Shown here piece after piece: positions 1 to 8,191 of a stretch of DNA of 60,945 nt (positions are counted from its first letter, which is position 1; each line of letters opens with the position of its first letter). The notes beneath the pieces are model-generated. The model saw only the letters and a program-made list of their open reading frames with translations. It made no database searches and was not told the origin of the DNA. Origin of the DNA: a virus (lineage: Duplodnaviria; Caudoviricetes). The DNA lies in the IMG/VR virus record IMGVR_UViG_3300025122_000014, positions 1 to 60,945 of that record, one strand, 5' to 3'. The translations under genes were made by a program, and so were the position numbers.

Positions 1-1008
1 AATGAAGATACATATATGTTATCACAAAGTGGGTGGAATTATGGAGCATGTTCTACAGCTCAATATCCAAACGCTTCAGGATGGGGTATATTTAGAACTA
101 GAGGAACAGATGCAGCAAACACTGATTACTACGCTTATTTAGATGCGATTAATACATTCCAAAACCCTGAAGCTGTTAATATAAATGTATTCGCTACACC
201 AGGTATAGACTATATAAATCATAGTAATCTAGTTGAAGAGAGTATAGAAATGATAGAAGCTGATAGAGCAGATTCACTATATGTTACTACTACACCAGAT
301 TATAGTATGAACGCTTCAACATTTAACGCTACTAATATAATACAACCACAAGAAGCGGTAGATAATCTAGACGCTACAGGAATAGACTCTAACTATACAG
401 CAACTTATTATCCATGGGTACAACTTAGAGATAACGATAATAATGTTCAGCTATACCTACCACCAACATACGATGTAATGAGAAATATAGCATTAACTGA
501 TAATATCGCCTTCCCATGGTTCGCATCGGCAGGTTATACAAGAGGTATAGTAAACGCGGTTAAAGCTAGAAAGAAATTAACTTTAGACGATAGAGATATA
601 TTATATAAAGGTAGAATAAATCCAATCGCAACTTATTCTGATGTTGGTACTATAATTTGGGGTAACAAAACTTTACAAGTTAGAGAGTCAGCTTTAGATA
701 GAATTAATGTGAGAAGATTGTTACTACAGGCTAGAAAATTAATATCGGCAGTAGCTGTTAGATTACTATTCGAACAAAATGATGAACAAGTAAGAAATGA
801 ATTCTTAGATTTAGTTAACCCAATTTTAGATTCTATAAGAAGAGAAAGAGGATTAACTGACTTTAGAGTTGTACTTTCAGATGACCCAGCATTGATAGAC
901 CAAAATACCTTACAAGGTAAGATATACATCAAACCAACTAGGTCATTAGAATTTATAGACATAGAATTCTTAATCACACCAACAGGTGCTAACTTTGAAG
1001 ATATATAA
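1..1008 (+). CDS. Contractile tail sheath protein (T4 gp18-like), C-terminal part; 5' end lies upstream of the window
   Basis: Frame is open from base 1. Sheath C-terminal motifs YYPW, PWFASAGYTRG, LYKGRINPI, IWGNKTL, RINVRRLL, LFEQND and IYIKPTRSLEFIDIEF. Confidence 0.95.
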   Translation, partial: NEDTYMLSQSGWNYGACSTAQYPNASGWGIFRTRGTDAANTDYYAYLDAINTFQNPEAVNINVFATPGIDYINHSNLVEESIEMIEADRADSLYVTTTPDYSMNASTFNATNIIQPQEAVDNLDATGIDSNYTATYYPWVQLRDNDNNVQLYLPPTYDVMRNIALTDNIAFPWFASAGYTRGIVNAVKARKKLTLDDRDILYKGRINPIATYSDVGTIIWGNKTLQVRESALDRINVRRLLLQARKLISAVAVRLLFEQNDEQVRNEFLDLVNPILDSIRRERGLTDFRVVLSDDPALIDQNTLQGKIYIKPTRSLEFIDIEFLITPTGANFEDI

Positions 1009-1012
1009 AAGA

Positions 1013-1035
1013 GAGTAGGGTCTTGGGCCCTATTC
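1013..1035 (+). terminator. Stem-loop after sheath stop codon (possible weak terminator or RNA stability element)
   Basis: GAGTAGGGTC-TTG-GGCCCTATTC pairs with G:U pairs; only a weak U/A-rich tail follows. Confidence 0.4.
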
Positions 1036-1047
1036 CTTATTAAATTA

Positions 1048-1054
1048 TATTTAT
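1048..1054 (+). promoter_or_regulatory. TATTTAT motif, putative late promoter
   Basis: 20 nt upstream of ATG 1075; same motif at similar spacing before nine other genes. Confidence 0.65.
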
Positions 1055-1074
1055 TTGTAAATAAAAAAGAAATT

Positions 1075-2268
1075 ATGAAAGATTTTAAGTACTCAAAAGA
1101 GGAAATTGTAGAAAAAACTATTGGAAAATTACAAGAAGGTGAAAAGACCTTCTCTGACCTACCACAAAATATTGTTGTAACAGAATCACAATTCGAAAGA
1201 TTAATGGAACAATGTTTAGGTGGTTCACCTGCAGGATTCGCTAATTTAGAAGGTATAGGAATACAACCTGAAGAAGGTGGAGAAGGTGAAGAAGTAGTTG
1301 ATGACACAATTATTTTAAATCTTGAAGAAGAAGACGAGTTAGAAGAAATAGTAAATGAAGCTTATAGTTTAATTAATGAAGCTATAAAAACTGAAAGAAT
1401 TACACTTTTAGAACAGGGTATGTACAATAGAAATCCTGGTGTTGCAGCTGGAGAAGGGATAGAAAATATAATTAATCATGTTAAAAAAGCATGGAATTAT
1501 ATAAAAGACCCGACTACTAGACAAAAATTAGAAAATAGTATAGTAAAATTATCTAATTTTATGACAAAGACGGCTGAACTTATGGCCGCAGGAAGAGACC
1601 AAAGAGCTCCTCGAGCAGATTCAGCAATTTTAAAAGACATGCCTTATCCTGAACATGAAGAAGGTTATGAATTTACAAGTGAAGATGACTTTACAGATGA
1701 AGAAGAAATTACAGAAACTATGATAGACGATGATTCTGATGAAGAAATGGAAGAAGGTTATGAAAATATTGACCATTCTGATAGAAGTGATGACAGTGAA
1801 GTTGTTGGGGTATACTCTGACATAGATGACCAAAGGATGGATGAATCAGTACAAAAAGAACTTAAATTAATGACTGAAACATGGCAAACAGTAGTTGGAA
1901 ACACATTGGGAACCGCACTTGGTACGGCATTAGCAAGTAAAGCAAGTGAGAAAGTAGGATTAGGTGAAGATGATGAAGGTGAAATGGATGATGAGTCTAT
2001 GGTACCTGGTGAATTTGATGTTACTGAACGAGTTTTAGGAACTGGTATTTCAGATGATGAAGGTGAAGGTATGATGTCAGGGTCTCCAGAAGATGAAGCT
2101 GGCTTAAAAGATGCAGATGATAGCGGAGAATTTTATGAAACAGAATTAGATGCCGAAATTATAGAAGCAGAATTAGAAGATGAAGAAACTGAAGAAGAAG
2201 GAGTAGAAGGAGATGATGATTCAGGAGGAGACGACGGAGCAACAGATAATTCAGGACAAAGAACATAA
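1075..2268 (+). CDS. Highly acidic hypothetical protein, possibly a head core/scaffold-type or internal head protein
   Basis: 397 aa, very D/E-rich; many hydrophobic-x-E tripeptides (VTE, VNE, INE, LLE, ITE, MTE) and a NIVVTESQFERLME motif. Confidence 0.6.
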   Translation: MKDFKYSKEEIVEKTIGKLQEGEKTFSDLPQNIVVTESQFERLMEQCLGGSPAGFANLEGIGIQPEEGGEGEEVVDDTIILNLEEEDELEEIVNEAYSLINEAIKTERITLLEQGMYNRNPGVAAGEGIENIINHVKKAWNYIKDPTTRQKLENSIVKLSNFMTKTAELMAAGRDQRAPRADSAILKDMPYPEHEEGYEFTSEDDFTDEEEITETMIDDDSDEEMEEGYENIDHSDRSDDSEVVGVYSDIDDQRMDESVQKELKLMTETWQTVVGNTLGTALGTALASKASEKVGLGEDDEGEMDDESMVPGEFDVTERVLGTGISDDEGEGMMSGSPEDEAGLKDADDSGEFYETELDAEIIEAELEDEETEEEGVEGDDDSGGDDGATDNSGQRT

Positions 2269-2298
2269 AAATTAAAATGATTATAGAACAAAATAATT

Positions 2299-2327
2299 AA
2301 AAAAGACCCTTATGGGTCTTTTTTTTT
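2299..2327. terminator. Bidirectional intrinsic terminator between convergent genes
   Basis: AAAAAAGACCC-TTAT-GGGTCTTTTTT perfect inverted repeat with A-tract before and T-tract after, between 1075..2268(+) and 2326..2616(-). Confidence 0.9.
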
Positions 2328-2616
2328 AGAGAAGCTTTCCGCCGTTATATAGAAACAGGATAAAAATCATTGGAGCTAAGAAGGGAGCTTTTATGAAATG
2401 GATGATTACGTACATATTAAAACCAGATTCGACCTCTCTACACATTCTTTCGTATTTAGAGTTGGTTAAGTTTCCATTCTCTACCTGTTCTAATAATCTA
2501 TTATTATATCTTGTGTTTATATCACACATATCTTGATATAGTTCGCTTTTATTCATTTCAATAAAAACAACCATTAGAATGATTGAGACGATTATGTATC
2601 CTATTAAGTATTCCAT
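2326..2616 (-). CDS. Small membrane protein with two predicted transmembrane segments
   Basis: 96 aa; hydrophobic N-terminus (YLIGYIIVSIILMVVFI) and C-terminus (YVIIHFIKAPFLAPMIFILFLY); ends at the bidirectional terminator. Confidence 0.75.
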   Translation of the reverse strand: MEYLIGYIIVSIILMVVFIEMNKSELYQDMCDINTRYNNRLLEQVENGNLTNSKYERMCREVESGFNMYVIIHFIKAPFLAPMIFILFLYNGGKLL

Positions 2617-2645
2617 TTTTTTTATGTATTAAGGGTTAGTTATTA

Positions 2646-2676
2646 TATTATACGTTAGTGTTTAAGAAAATGTTAC
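2646..2676 (-). promoter_or_regulatory. Putative ECF-sigma-type promoter
   Basis: Minus strand reads GTAAC-N17-CGTATAATA about 30 nt before ATG 2616, matching the AAC...CGT architecture of ECF promoters. Confidence 0.4.
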
Positions 2677-3678
2677 TTACATTTTGTAAATCTTCCAAAC
2701 TTTTTCATTTCTTTTTATTATGTACATTCCTTTAGGAAGGTCAAAATAAGAACAGTCATATCTTCTACCTAATAAGTCATGAATAGTTTCCCCTTTAAAA
2801 TAAGTATTTGGGTCATAGGCAGTAGACTTTTCAGATGTTTCTTCTGTTATGTTTGTAATTCCACCGATACCAACAGTAAGACAAAAAGTATCTCTTGTTA
2901 TATATAAGGGAGGAGTAATCATTACTCCATTAGAATCATATATACATGTCCAATCTACATAATTCCCACATGTAATTAGACACACCTCGAAGTAAAGTCC
3001 AGTTGTAGGCCATGTATAGATGTAGGCACCACAACCAACTAAAGGACAACTATCAACTAAAGTACCGTTAATAGGGTCTTTAAAAATCCATATTGGGTCA
3101 CAAGTAGTGTTCATATCCCATTCAGGATTAAGTGTATTAGTTTGATAGGAATCAAATAGAAGGGTATTAGGGGGATAAATACCAGAAGTATCTACCCACC
3201 AATCATAATAAGATTGATATGGTGGTGGAGGACCAGTAGTCATATTATTATATAAAGCAAAATCATATATATCAAAATAAACTGTGTCATTATCAGATAC
3301 AAATAACCCAGGCCAATAGTTGTCATGTGTTATTATTCTGTAATGGGTTAGTCCACTTGTATCTCCACCTAAGTTTGTGAAAACAATAGTATCGTATGTA
3401 AAATTCATCGTGATAGTACCATTAGGGTTTAAAGTACCTAAAGGGCATTCCCCCCAACTAATCCAATTGGAGGAAGAAGGTATCCATTTTTCTAATGTGT
3501 AATGGTATCCCCCACCTCCACCATAAATCGAATAAACGGTAGCTTTACCGTCCATTAAACCAACACATGTAATATTATTTACTAATACTGTGGTTGAAAC
3601 CGGGTCAGGAAAAATTTGTGACTTAACTAAAGTATTAAAGGACAGGATAAAGATAAGTAGGGAGAGTAGTTTTTTCAT
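2677..3678 (-). CDS. Secreted protein with Sec signal peptide, SprB-like repeat and T9SS (Por) C-terminal sorting-domain-like tail
   Basis: Signal peptide MKKLLSLLIFILSFNTLVKS|Q; VNNITCVGLMDGKATV...GGGGGYHYTL resembles an SprB repeat; C-terminus TIHDLLGRR...LPKGMYIIK...KVWKIYKM resembles a type A CTD. Confidence 0.75.
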   Translation of the reverse strand: MKKLLSLLIFILSFNTLVKSQIFPDPVSTTVLVNNITCVGLMDGKATVYSIYGGGGGYHYTLEKWIPSSSNWISWGECPLGTLNPNGTITMNFTYDTIVFTNLGGDTSGLTHYRIITHDNYWPGLFVSDNDTVYFDIYDFALYNNMTTGPPPPYQSYYDWWVDTSGIYPPNTLLFDSYQTNTLNPEWDMNTTCDPIWIFKDPINGTLVDSCPLVGCGAYIYTWPTTGLYFEVCLITCGNYVDWTCIYDSNGVMITPPLYITRDTFCLTVGIGGITNITEETSEKSTAYDPNTYFKGETIHDLLGRRYDCSYFDLPKGMYIIKRNEKVWKIYKM

Positions 3679-3708
3679 ATGATTTTTGATTTTAGTGTGT
3701 TAATACTA

Positions 3709-3740
3709 TAAAGATAATAAAATTTTATTTAACATACAAG
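3709..3740 (-). promoter_or_regulatory. Bacteroidota-type housekeeping promoter (-33/-7)
   Basis: Minus strand CTTG-N20-TATCTTTA versus consensus TTTG-N19-21-TAnnTTTG, 30 nt before ATG 3678. Confidence 0.55.
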
Positions 3741-3754
3741 TTATATTAGATAGA

Positions 3755-3761
3755 TATTTAT
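3755..3761 (+). promoter_or_regulatory. TATTTAT motif, putative late promoter
   Basis: 16 nt upstream of ATG 3778. Confidence 0.65.
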
Positions 3762-3777
3762 TAATAACTTATAGACG

Positions 3778-4473
3778 ATGAGAAATATAATAATTAATAA
3801 TAAACAATTATTATTTTTAGTAGAAAATATTAAAAATAAAAGAAATTTAAGTGAAATAGCTTCACTTAATAGACTAATACTATTAGATGTAGACGATACT
3901 TTATTATCCCCACAAGACATTTATATATACAGACAATTACCTACTGATGATGAAGAAATTACTTTAACTCCTCATGAATACTCTAAAGAAAATGTTACAC
4001 CAGAAACTAGACAGTATTATGATTATAGAGATTTTGAAGATACAGACACCATAAAGAACTCAATAATCACAGGAAAACCTATAGTAGCTAATTTAGAAAT
4101 TATGGATGACTTATTGACTAGGGGGTATAAACTAGGGATTTTAACTGCCAGAGGAATGGAAGATACGGTATTTGAGGGGTTAAAGGATTTTTTAATGTAT
4201 AAAAATAAAGCTGGTGATTTAATAAAGATTGGAGACAGACTGTCCAGAGATTTGGTATTTGCTATAAATGATATTGATAGAGTTAAAAATTTAGCTGGAA
4301 CTACTGATTTTGAGAAAAAAGCAGAAGTAATTAAAACACTTTTAGATACATTTGACCAAATAATATTTATAGATGACGACATAAAGAATATAAAAGCGAT
4401 AAAGGAAATGAAGAGACATTTACCTGATGAAGAAAAAAATAAGCTTTATGTTATGTCTGCTAAGGAGAATTAG
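3778..4473 (+). CDS. HAD-superfamily hydrolase/phosphatase with N-terminal leader
   Basis: HAD motif I LILLDVDDTLL, motif II GILTAR, motif III lysine (FEKKAEVIK), motif IV IFIDDDIKN; about 25-aa leader before the catalytic domain. Confidence 0.8.
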   Translation: MRNIIINNKQLLFLVENIKNKRNLSEIASLNRLILLDVDDTLLSPQDIYIYRQLPTDDEEITLTPHEYSKENVTPETRQYYDYRDFEDTDTIKNSIITGKPIVANLEIMDDLLTRGYKLGILTARGMEDTVFEGLKDFLMYKNKAGDLIKIGDRLSRDLVFAINDIDRVKNLAGTTDFEKKAEVIKTLLDTFDQIIFIDDDIKNIKAIKEMKRHLPDEEKNKLYVMSAKEN

Positions 4474-4495
4474 TGGAAAAAATAGTATTAATACA

Positions 4496-4502
4496 TATTT
4501 AT
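4496..4502 (+). promoter_or_regulatory. TATTTAT motif, putative late promoter
   Basis: 30 nt upstream of tail tube ATG 4533. Confidence 0.65.
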
Positions 4503-4532
4503 AGGTAATAAAAGATTAAAAAAAATTAGACC

Positions 4533-5021
4533 ATGGCCGATTTATTGATGAAAATGCCTATTCCTTACGAACCAAAAAAGAAGAATAGGTTTATAATGAG
4601 ATTCCCATCATCACTTGGTATTAACGAGTGGTACGTTTCTACGACTACTAGACCACAAGTTACTGTTAACGCAGTGGAGATACCTTTCCTTAATACTTCT
4701 ACGTATGTAGGTGGTAGATTCCTCTGGAACACTATAAACGTTACCTTTAGAGACCCAATCGGACCTTCCGCTGCACAAGCTTTAATGGAATGGGTAAGAT
4801 TACACGCTGAATCAGTAACCGGTAGAATGGGTTACGCGGCTGGGTACAAAAAAGATTGTGACTTAGAAATGTTAGACCCGACTGGGGTTGTGGTAGAAAA
4901 ATGGATACTACAAGGAACATTCTTAACTGATGTTAACTTTAACGATTTAGATTATAGTAATGATGGTATTGCTGATATTACAGCAACGTTAAGACCAGAT
5001 AGATGTATATTAGTTTACTAA
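4533..5021 (+). CDS. Tail tube protein (T4 gp19-like)
   Basis: 162 aa near sheath; motifs EPKKKNRF, WNTINVTFRDPI, LMEWVR, GYKKD, LDPTGVVVEKWILQGTF, DLDYS. Confidence 0.9.
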   Translation: MADLLMKMPIPYEPKKKNRFIMRFPSSLGINEWYVSTTTRPQVTVNAVEIPFLNTSTYVGGRFLWNTINVTFRDPIGPSAAQALMEWVRLHAESVTGRMGYAAGYKKDCDLEMLDPTGVVVEKWILQGTFLTDVNFNDLDYSNDGIADITATLRPDRCILVY

Positions 5022-5027
5022 TATATT

Positions 5028-5058
5028 GTTGACAATTCTCAAACACATAGTATTTTAG
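5028..5058 (+). promoter_or_regulatory. Host-type promoter upstream of tail chaperone gene
   Basis: GTTG-N19-TATTTTAG (Bacteroidota -33/-7-like; can also be read as TTGACA-N16-TATTTT). Confidence 0.4.
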
Positions 5059-5076
5059 TGTTAAACAATGTAATAT

Positions 5077-5832
5077 ATGGATAGCACAATGCCAACATAC
5101 GAACCACAAGTCCCTTATGATGTTGTAGAACTTCCGTCAAGGGGACTTTTCTATGCGAATAATAAAAGTAGCGTTAAGGTTACTTATTTAACCGCATCAG
5201 ATGAAAATATATTAACAAGTCCTAATATTATTAATTCTGGGAGATTAATAGACACCCTAATAAGAAATAAGATAGTTGAAAGAGATATAAACATTGATGA
5301 ATTATTAGAATGTGATAAGGAGGCTATTTTAGTGTTTTTAAGAAATACAGCTTATGGCCCAGAATATGATATTAATTTAATAGACCCACAAACAAAGAAA
5401 GAATTCCCAGCCATAGTAGACTTATCTGCTTTAGACTTTAAAAAGATAGAAGTAAAACCTGATGAAAATGGCGAATTTTCCTTTAGTTTACCAGTTTCTA
5501 ATAAAAATGTAAAATTTAAACTCTTAACTGGTAAAGAAGTAGCAGAACTTGCAGACTTAGAATCGGCATATAAAGGATTAGAATTCGCTCCAGTAAAAAC
5601 TAAATTCTTAGAGCTATCAATTATGGAGATAGACGGTATGAGAGATAAGGAAAAAATATCTACTATAATCCCTTCTATGCCTATTAGAGATTCTCAAGAG
5701 TTAAGAAAATTTATAACAAAGACTGAACCAGGTTTAGATTTAGAAATCCCTGTAAAAACACCGTCCGGTAGTGTGGTAACAACCAAGCTACAGTTTGGTA
5801 CGGCCTTTTTTCGTCCTTTCTTCGGACTATAG
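5077..5832 (+). CDS. Tail assembly chaperone / baseplate hub assembly protein (T4 gp26-like, lambda G position)
   Basis: Lies between tube and tape measure; motifs VELPSRG, LTASDENIL, AILVFLRNTAYG, FSLPVS, C-terminal FFRP. Confidence 0.75.
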   Translation: MDSTMPTYEPQVPYDVVELPSRGLFYANNKSSVKVTYLTASDENILTSPNIINSGRLIDTLIRNKIVERDINIDELLECDKEAILVFLRNTAYGPEYDINLIDPQTKKEFPAIVDLSALDFKKIEVKPDENGEFSFSLPVSNKNVKFKLLTGKEVAELADLESAYKGLEFAPVKTKFLELSIMEIDGMRDKEKISTIIPSMPIRDSQELRKFITKTEPGLDLEIPVKTPSGSVVTTKLQFGTAFFRPFFGL

Positions 5833-5995
5833 GAGAGGTATGCTCGAAGAGATTTACTATCTCGTTAGACACGCCAATTTTTCCCACAGTGACCTACTTA
5901 AAATGCCAGTCTTCGAAAGAAGATTTTACGTTGAGAAGCTATTAGATGAGTTTACAAAACGCCAAGCCCAAATAGACCAAGCCAAAAACAAATAG
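5806..5995 (+). CDS. Short T4 gp51-like / lambda T-position chaperone segment, probably a frameshift extension of the upstream gene (alternative independent start ATG 5840)
   Basis: Overlaps the end of 5077..5832 in the +1 frame; sequence EEIYYLVRHANFSHSDLLKMPVFERRFYVEKL has the MP..ER..Y pattern of gp51-like proteins; directly before the tape measure gene. Confidence 0.7.
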
Positions 5996-5999
5996 GAAG

Positions 6000-6006
6000 T
6001 ATTTAT
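6000..6006 (+). promoter_or_regulatory. TATTTAT motif, putative late promoter
   Basis: 31 nt upstream of tape measure ATG 6038. Confidence 0.6.
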
Positions 6007-6037
6007 ATTATATAAACATATAATTTAAAAATTAATT

Positions 6038-8137
6038 ATGGCAGCCAATCCCAACCCATGGAGACTACAACGTGAAAACGAACCAGATAATGAGTATCTA
6101 ATATTTTTGGGTCAGGTAAAAGCGGCAAACTCGGGAATATATAATTCTACAGAGGTAGAAAATCTCGATAAGGCTATTACTAACCTAAATAATAAATTAG
6201 GGGTTACCCAGGAAAAACTAGCAAAAGCAAGTGAGGAACAAAGCAAATTATGGACATTCCTAGAGAGAAATTTCAAAAAAGGTACTGACGCTATAAAAAA
6301 CTACAGGGACGCAGCTCATAAGATGAGAAAAGACCCAGCAGGAGCTATGATGGCTTTAGCCCAAGAAGGTTTAGATTACTTACAAAGAGAAGCTGACGTT
6401 AGAGAACACATTATAGAAACCATTAATAGTACGGAGGTGGCTACAAAAATGATGACCCGTAACTTAATGGAAGCGGAGTTAGAAACCCTAAAATGGGGAG
6501 CTACATCTGAAGACCTAGCAAAAATAATGGGTGCACTCTCTCAAGATATGGGTAGAGCTTTTCAAATATCTCCTGAGGCTATTGTAGCTTTAGACGCGTT
6601 AAGAGTAGGTTTAGATTTATCTTCTTCCGACTTAAGTTCTTTAATCAAACAATTTGATATTATGGGTATCGGAGTTGAGGAGGCTACCGGTGAGATTGAA
6701 GAAATGTCTAAGGTTGCTAGAGGAATGGGCCTTAATGTAAGTAAATTTATGGGTAGTGTTGCTAGTAATCTAAAAATGGCAAACACATTTAAGTTTAGAG
6801 ATGGTGTACAAGGATTTACTAGAATGGCCGCTCAAGCACAAAGATTACATTTTGACATGTCCCAAATAAGTAAAATGGCTACAGATTTATTTGACCCTGA
6901 GGCAGCAATAGATATGGCTGCCAATTTCCAAATTATGGGTGGTGCTATGGGTGACTTAACTGACCCATTTAGATTAATGTACTTAGCCACAAATGATATA
7001 GGTGGGTTACAAGACGCAATAGTAGGTGCTGCAGAAGCTAGTGTGATGTTTAATGAAGAGACAGGTGAGTTCGACATCTCGTCAACCGAATTAAGAAGAA
7101 TGAAAGCAATGGCAGACCAATTAGGTATGAGTCTGGAAGATTTTGTTACAGCAGCGAAGAAATCTAAATCCCATACCATGGCTCTAAAACAAATGGGTGG
7201 CATGGAACTTATTGACCCAAAATCTGGTGAAGATTTAAAAGAGTTTGCTGCCAATATGGCACAAATGAAAGGTGGTAGATTCATGATTGACTTACCAGAA
7301 ATAGGGGAAGTAGCACTTGAAGACATAGATACAAAAACAGAATTAGAGGCTTTAAGGAAATTACAAACACAAGAAGGACTGTCTACAAGAAAAATATCTC
7401 TTAACCAGTTATCTGCACAAGAACGAATTGCGAATGCTACTGAAGCACTGGTAAAAGGTGTTACATTTGAAGCTATGGGTGATGAAAAGGCCCCAATTAG
7501 AAAATATACCGACCAATTCTTGAGTGCTATAGAAAGTACAATAGGAGGTCCAATAATGAAACAAGTAGCAACACAAATAGCAGAATTAGGTGGTGCTATT
7601 GCAGAAGCTGTAGTCACGGGGGAGGAAAAAAACTTAGAACGAATAATTAACAGAACAGCAACCAATTTGGAAAGGTTAGCAACAACTATGGATGAAACAC
7701 TCATGAAAGACTTACCTTTGTTAGGCACATTTTTTCAAGGTTTAATGCATGGAACCCCTGGGGAACAAGGAGAAATGAAAGATTTTATATCTAGACCAGG
7801 ACAGCGAATGGGTAAATTTTCAGGTAAAGACATAGTAGTTGGATTTAAAGAAGAGAATCTTCAAGCGATGCCCTCAATGACCGAAATGAACAGTGCTGTT
7901 AATACATTTAATACCCAAAATCAATACTCAACCACAAGGAGTGGTCCAATAGATATTAATTTGAATATGAATGGTAGAGCGGTATTGGATATGCAAGGAA
8001 TAACTACAGAGGTTACAGCACAGAAACTACAAGAAGTTATGGGTGAAAATCAATTCCAAATGTGGTTAATGTCACAAGTAGGGGAAAGAATAGCGCAAGG
8101 GGGTAATGCCTTCGCAAACTATGGTACCACAACATAA
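6038..8137 (+). CDS. Tape measure protein
   Basis: 699 aa, A/M/Q/G-rich and predicted helical; canonical position after tube and chaperone pair. Confidence 0.8.
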   Translation: MAANPNPWRLQRENEPDNEYLIFLGQVKAANSGIYNSTEVENLDKAITNLNNKLGVTQEKLAKASEEQSKLWTFLERNFKKGTDAIKNYRDAAHKMRKDPAGAMMALAQEGLDYLQREADVREHIIETINSTEVATKMMTRNLMEAELETLKWGATSEDLAKIMGALSQDMGRAFQISPEAIVALDALRVGLDLSSSDLSSLIKQFDIMGIGVEEATGEIEEMSKVARGMGLNVSKFMGSVASNLKMANTFKFRDGVQGFTRMAAQAQRLHFDMSQISKMATDLFDPEAAIDMAANFQIMGGAMGDLTDPFRLMYLATNDIGGLQDAIVGAAEASVMFNEETGEFDISSTELRRMKAMADQLGMSLEDFVTAAKKSKSHTMALKQMGGMELIDPKSGEDLKEFAANMAQMKGGRFMIDLPEIGEVALEDIDTKTELEALRKLQTQEGLSTRKISLNQLSAQERIANATEALVKGVTFEAMGDEKAPIRKYTDQFLSAIESTIGGPIMKQVATQIAELGGAIAEAVVTGEEKNLERIINRTATNLERLATTMDETLMKDLPLLGTFFQGLMHGTPGEQGEMKDFISRPGQRMGKFSGKDIVVGFKEENLQAMPSMTEMNSAVNTFNTQNQYSTTRSGPIDINLNMNGRAVLDMQGITTEVTAQKLQEVMGENQFQMWLMSQVGERIAQGGNAFANYGTTT

Positions 8138-8168
8138 CCTTTATATGCTATAGTTTTCTATACAAAAC

Positions 8169-8175
8169 TATTTAT
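8169..8175 (+). promoter_or_regulatory. TATTTAT motif, putative late promoter
   Basis: 16 nt upstream of ATG 8192. Confidence 0.65.
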
Positions 8176-8191
8176 GTAAAAAGAAAAAAAT

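Noticed and set aside
633-1307. 224-aa minus-strand ORF
   Set aside because: Antisense shadow of the sheath and acidic protein genes; S/I/F-rich with no motif.
6832-7728. 298-aa minus-strand ORF
   Set aside because: Lies fully antisense within the tape measure gene; typical shadow ORF from codon bias.
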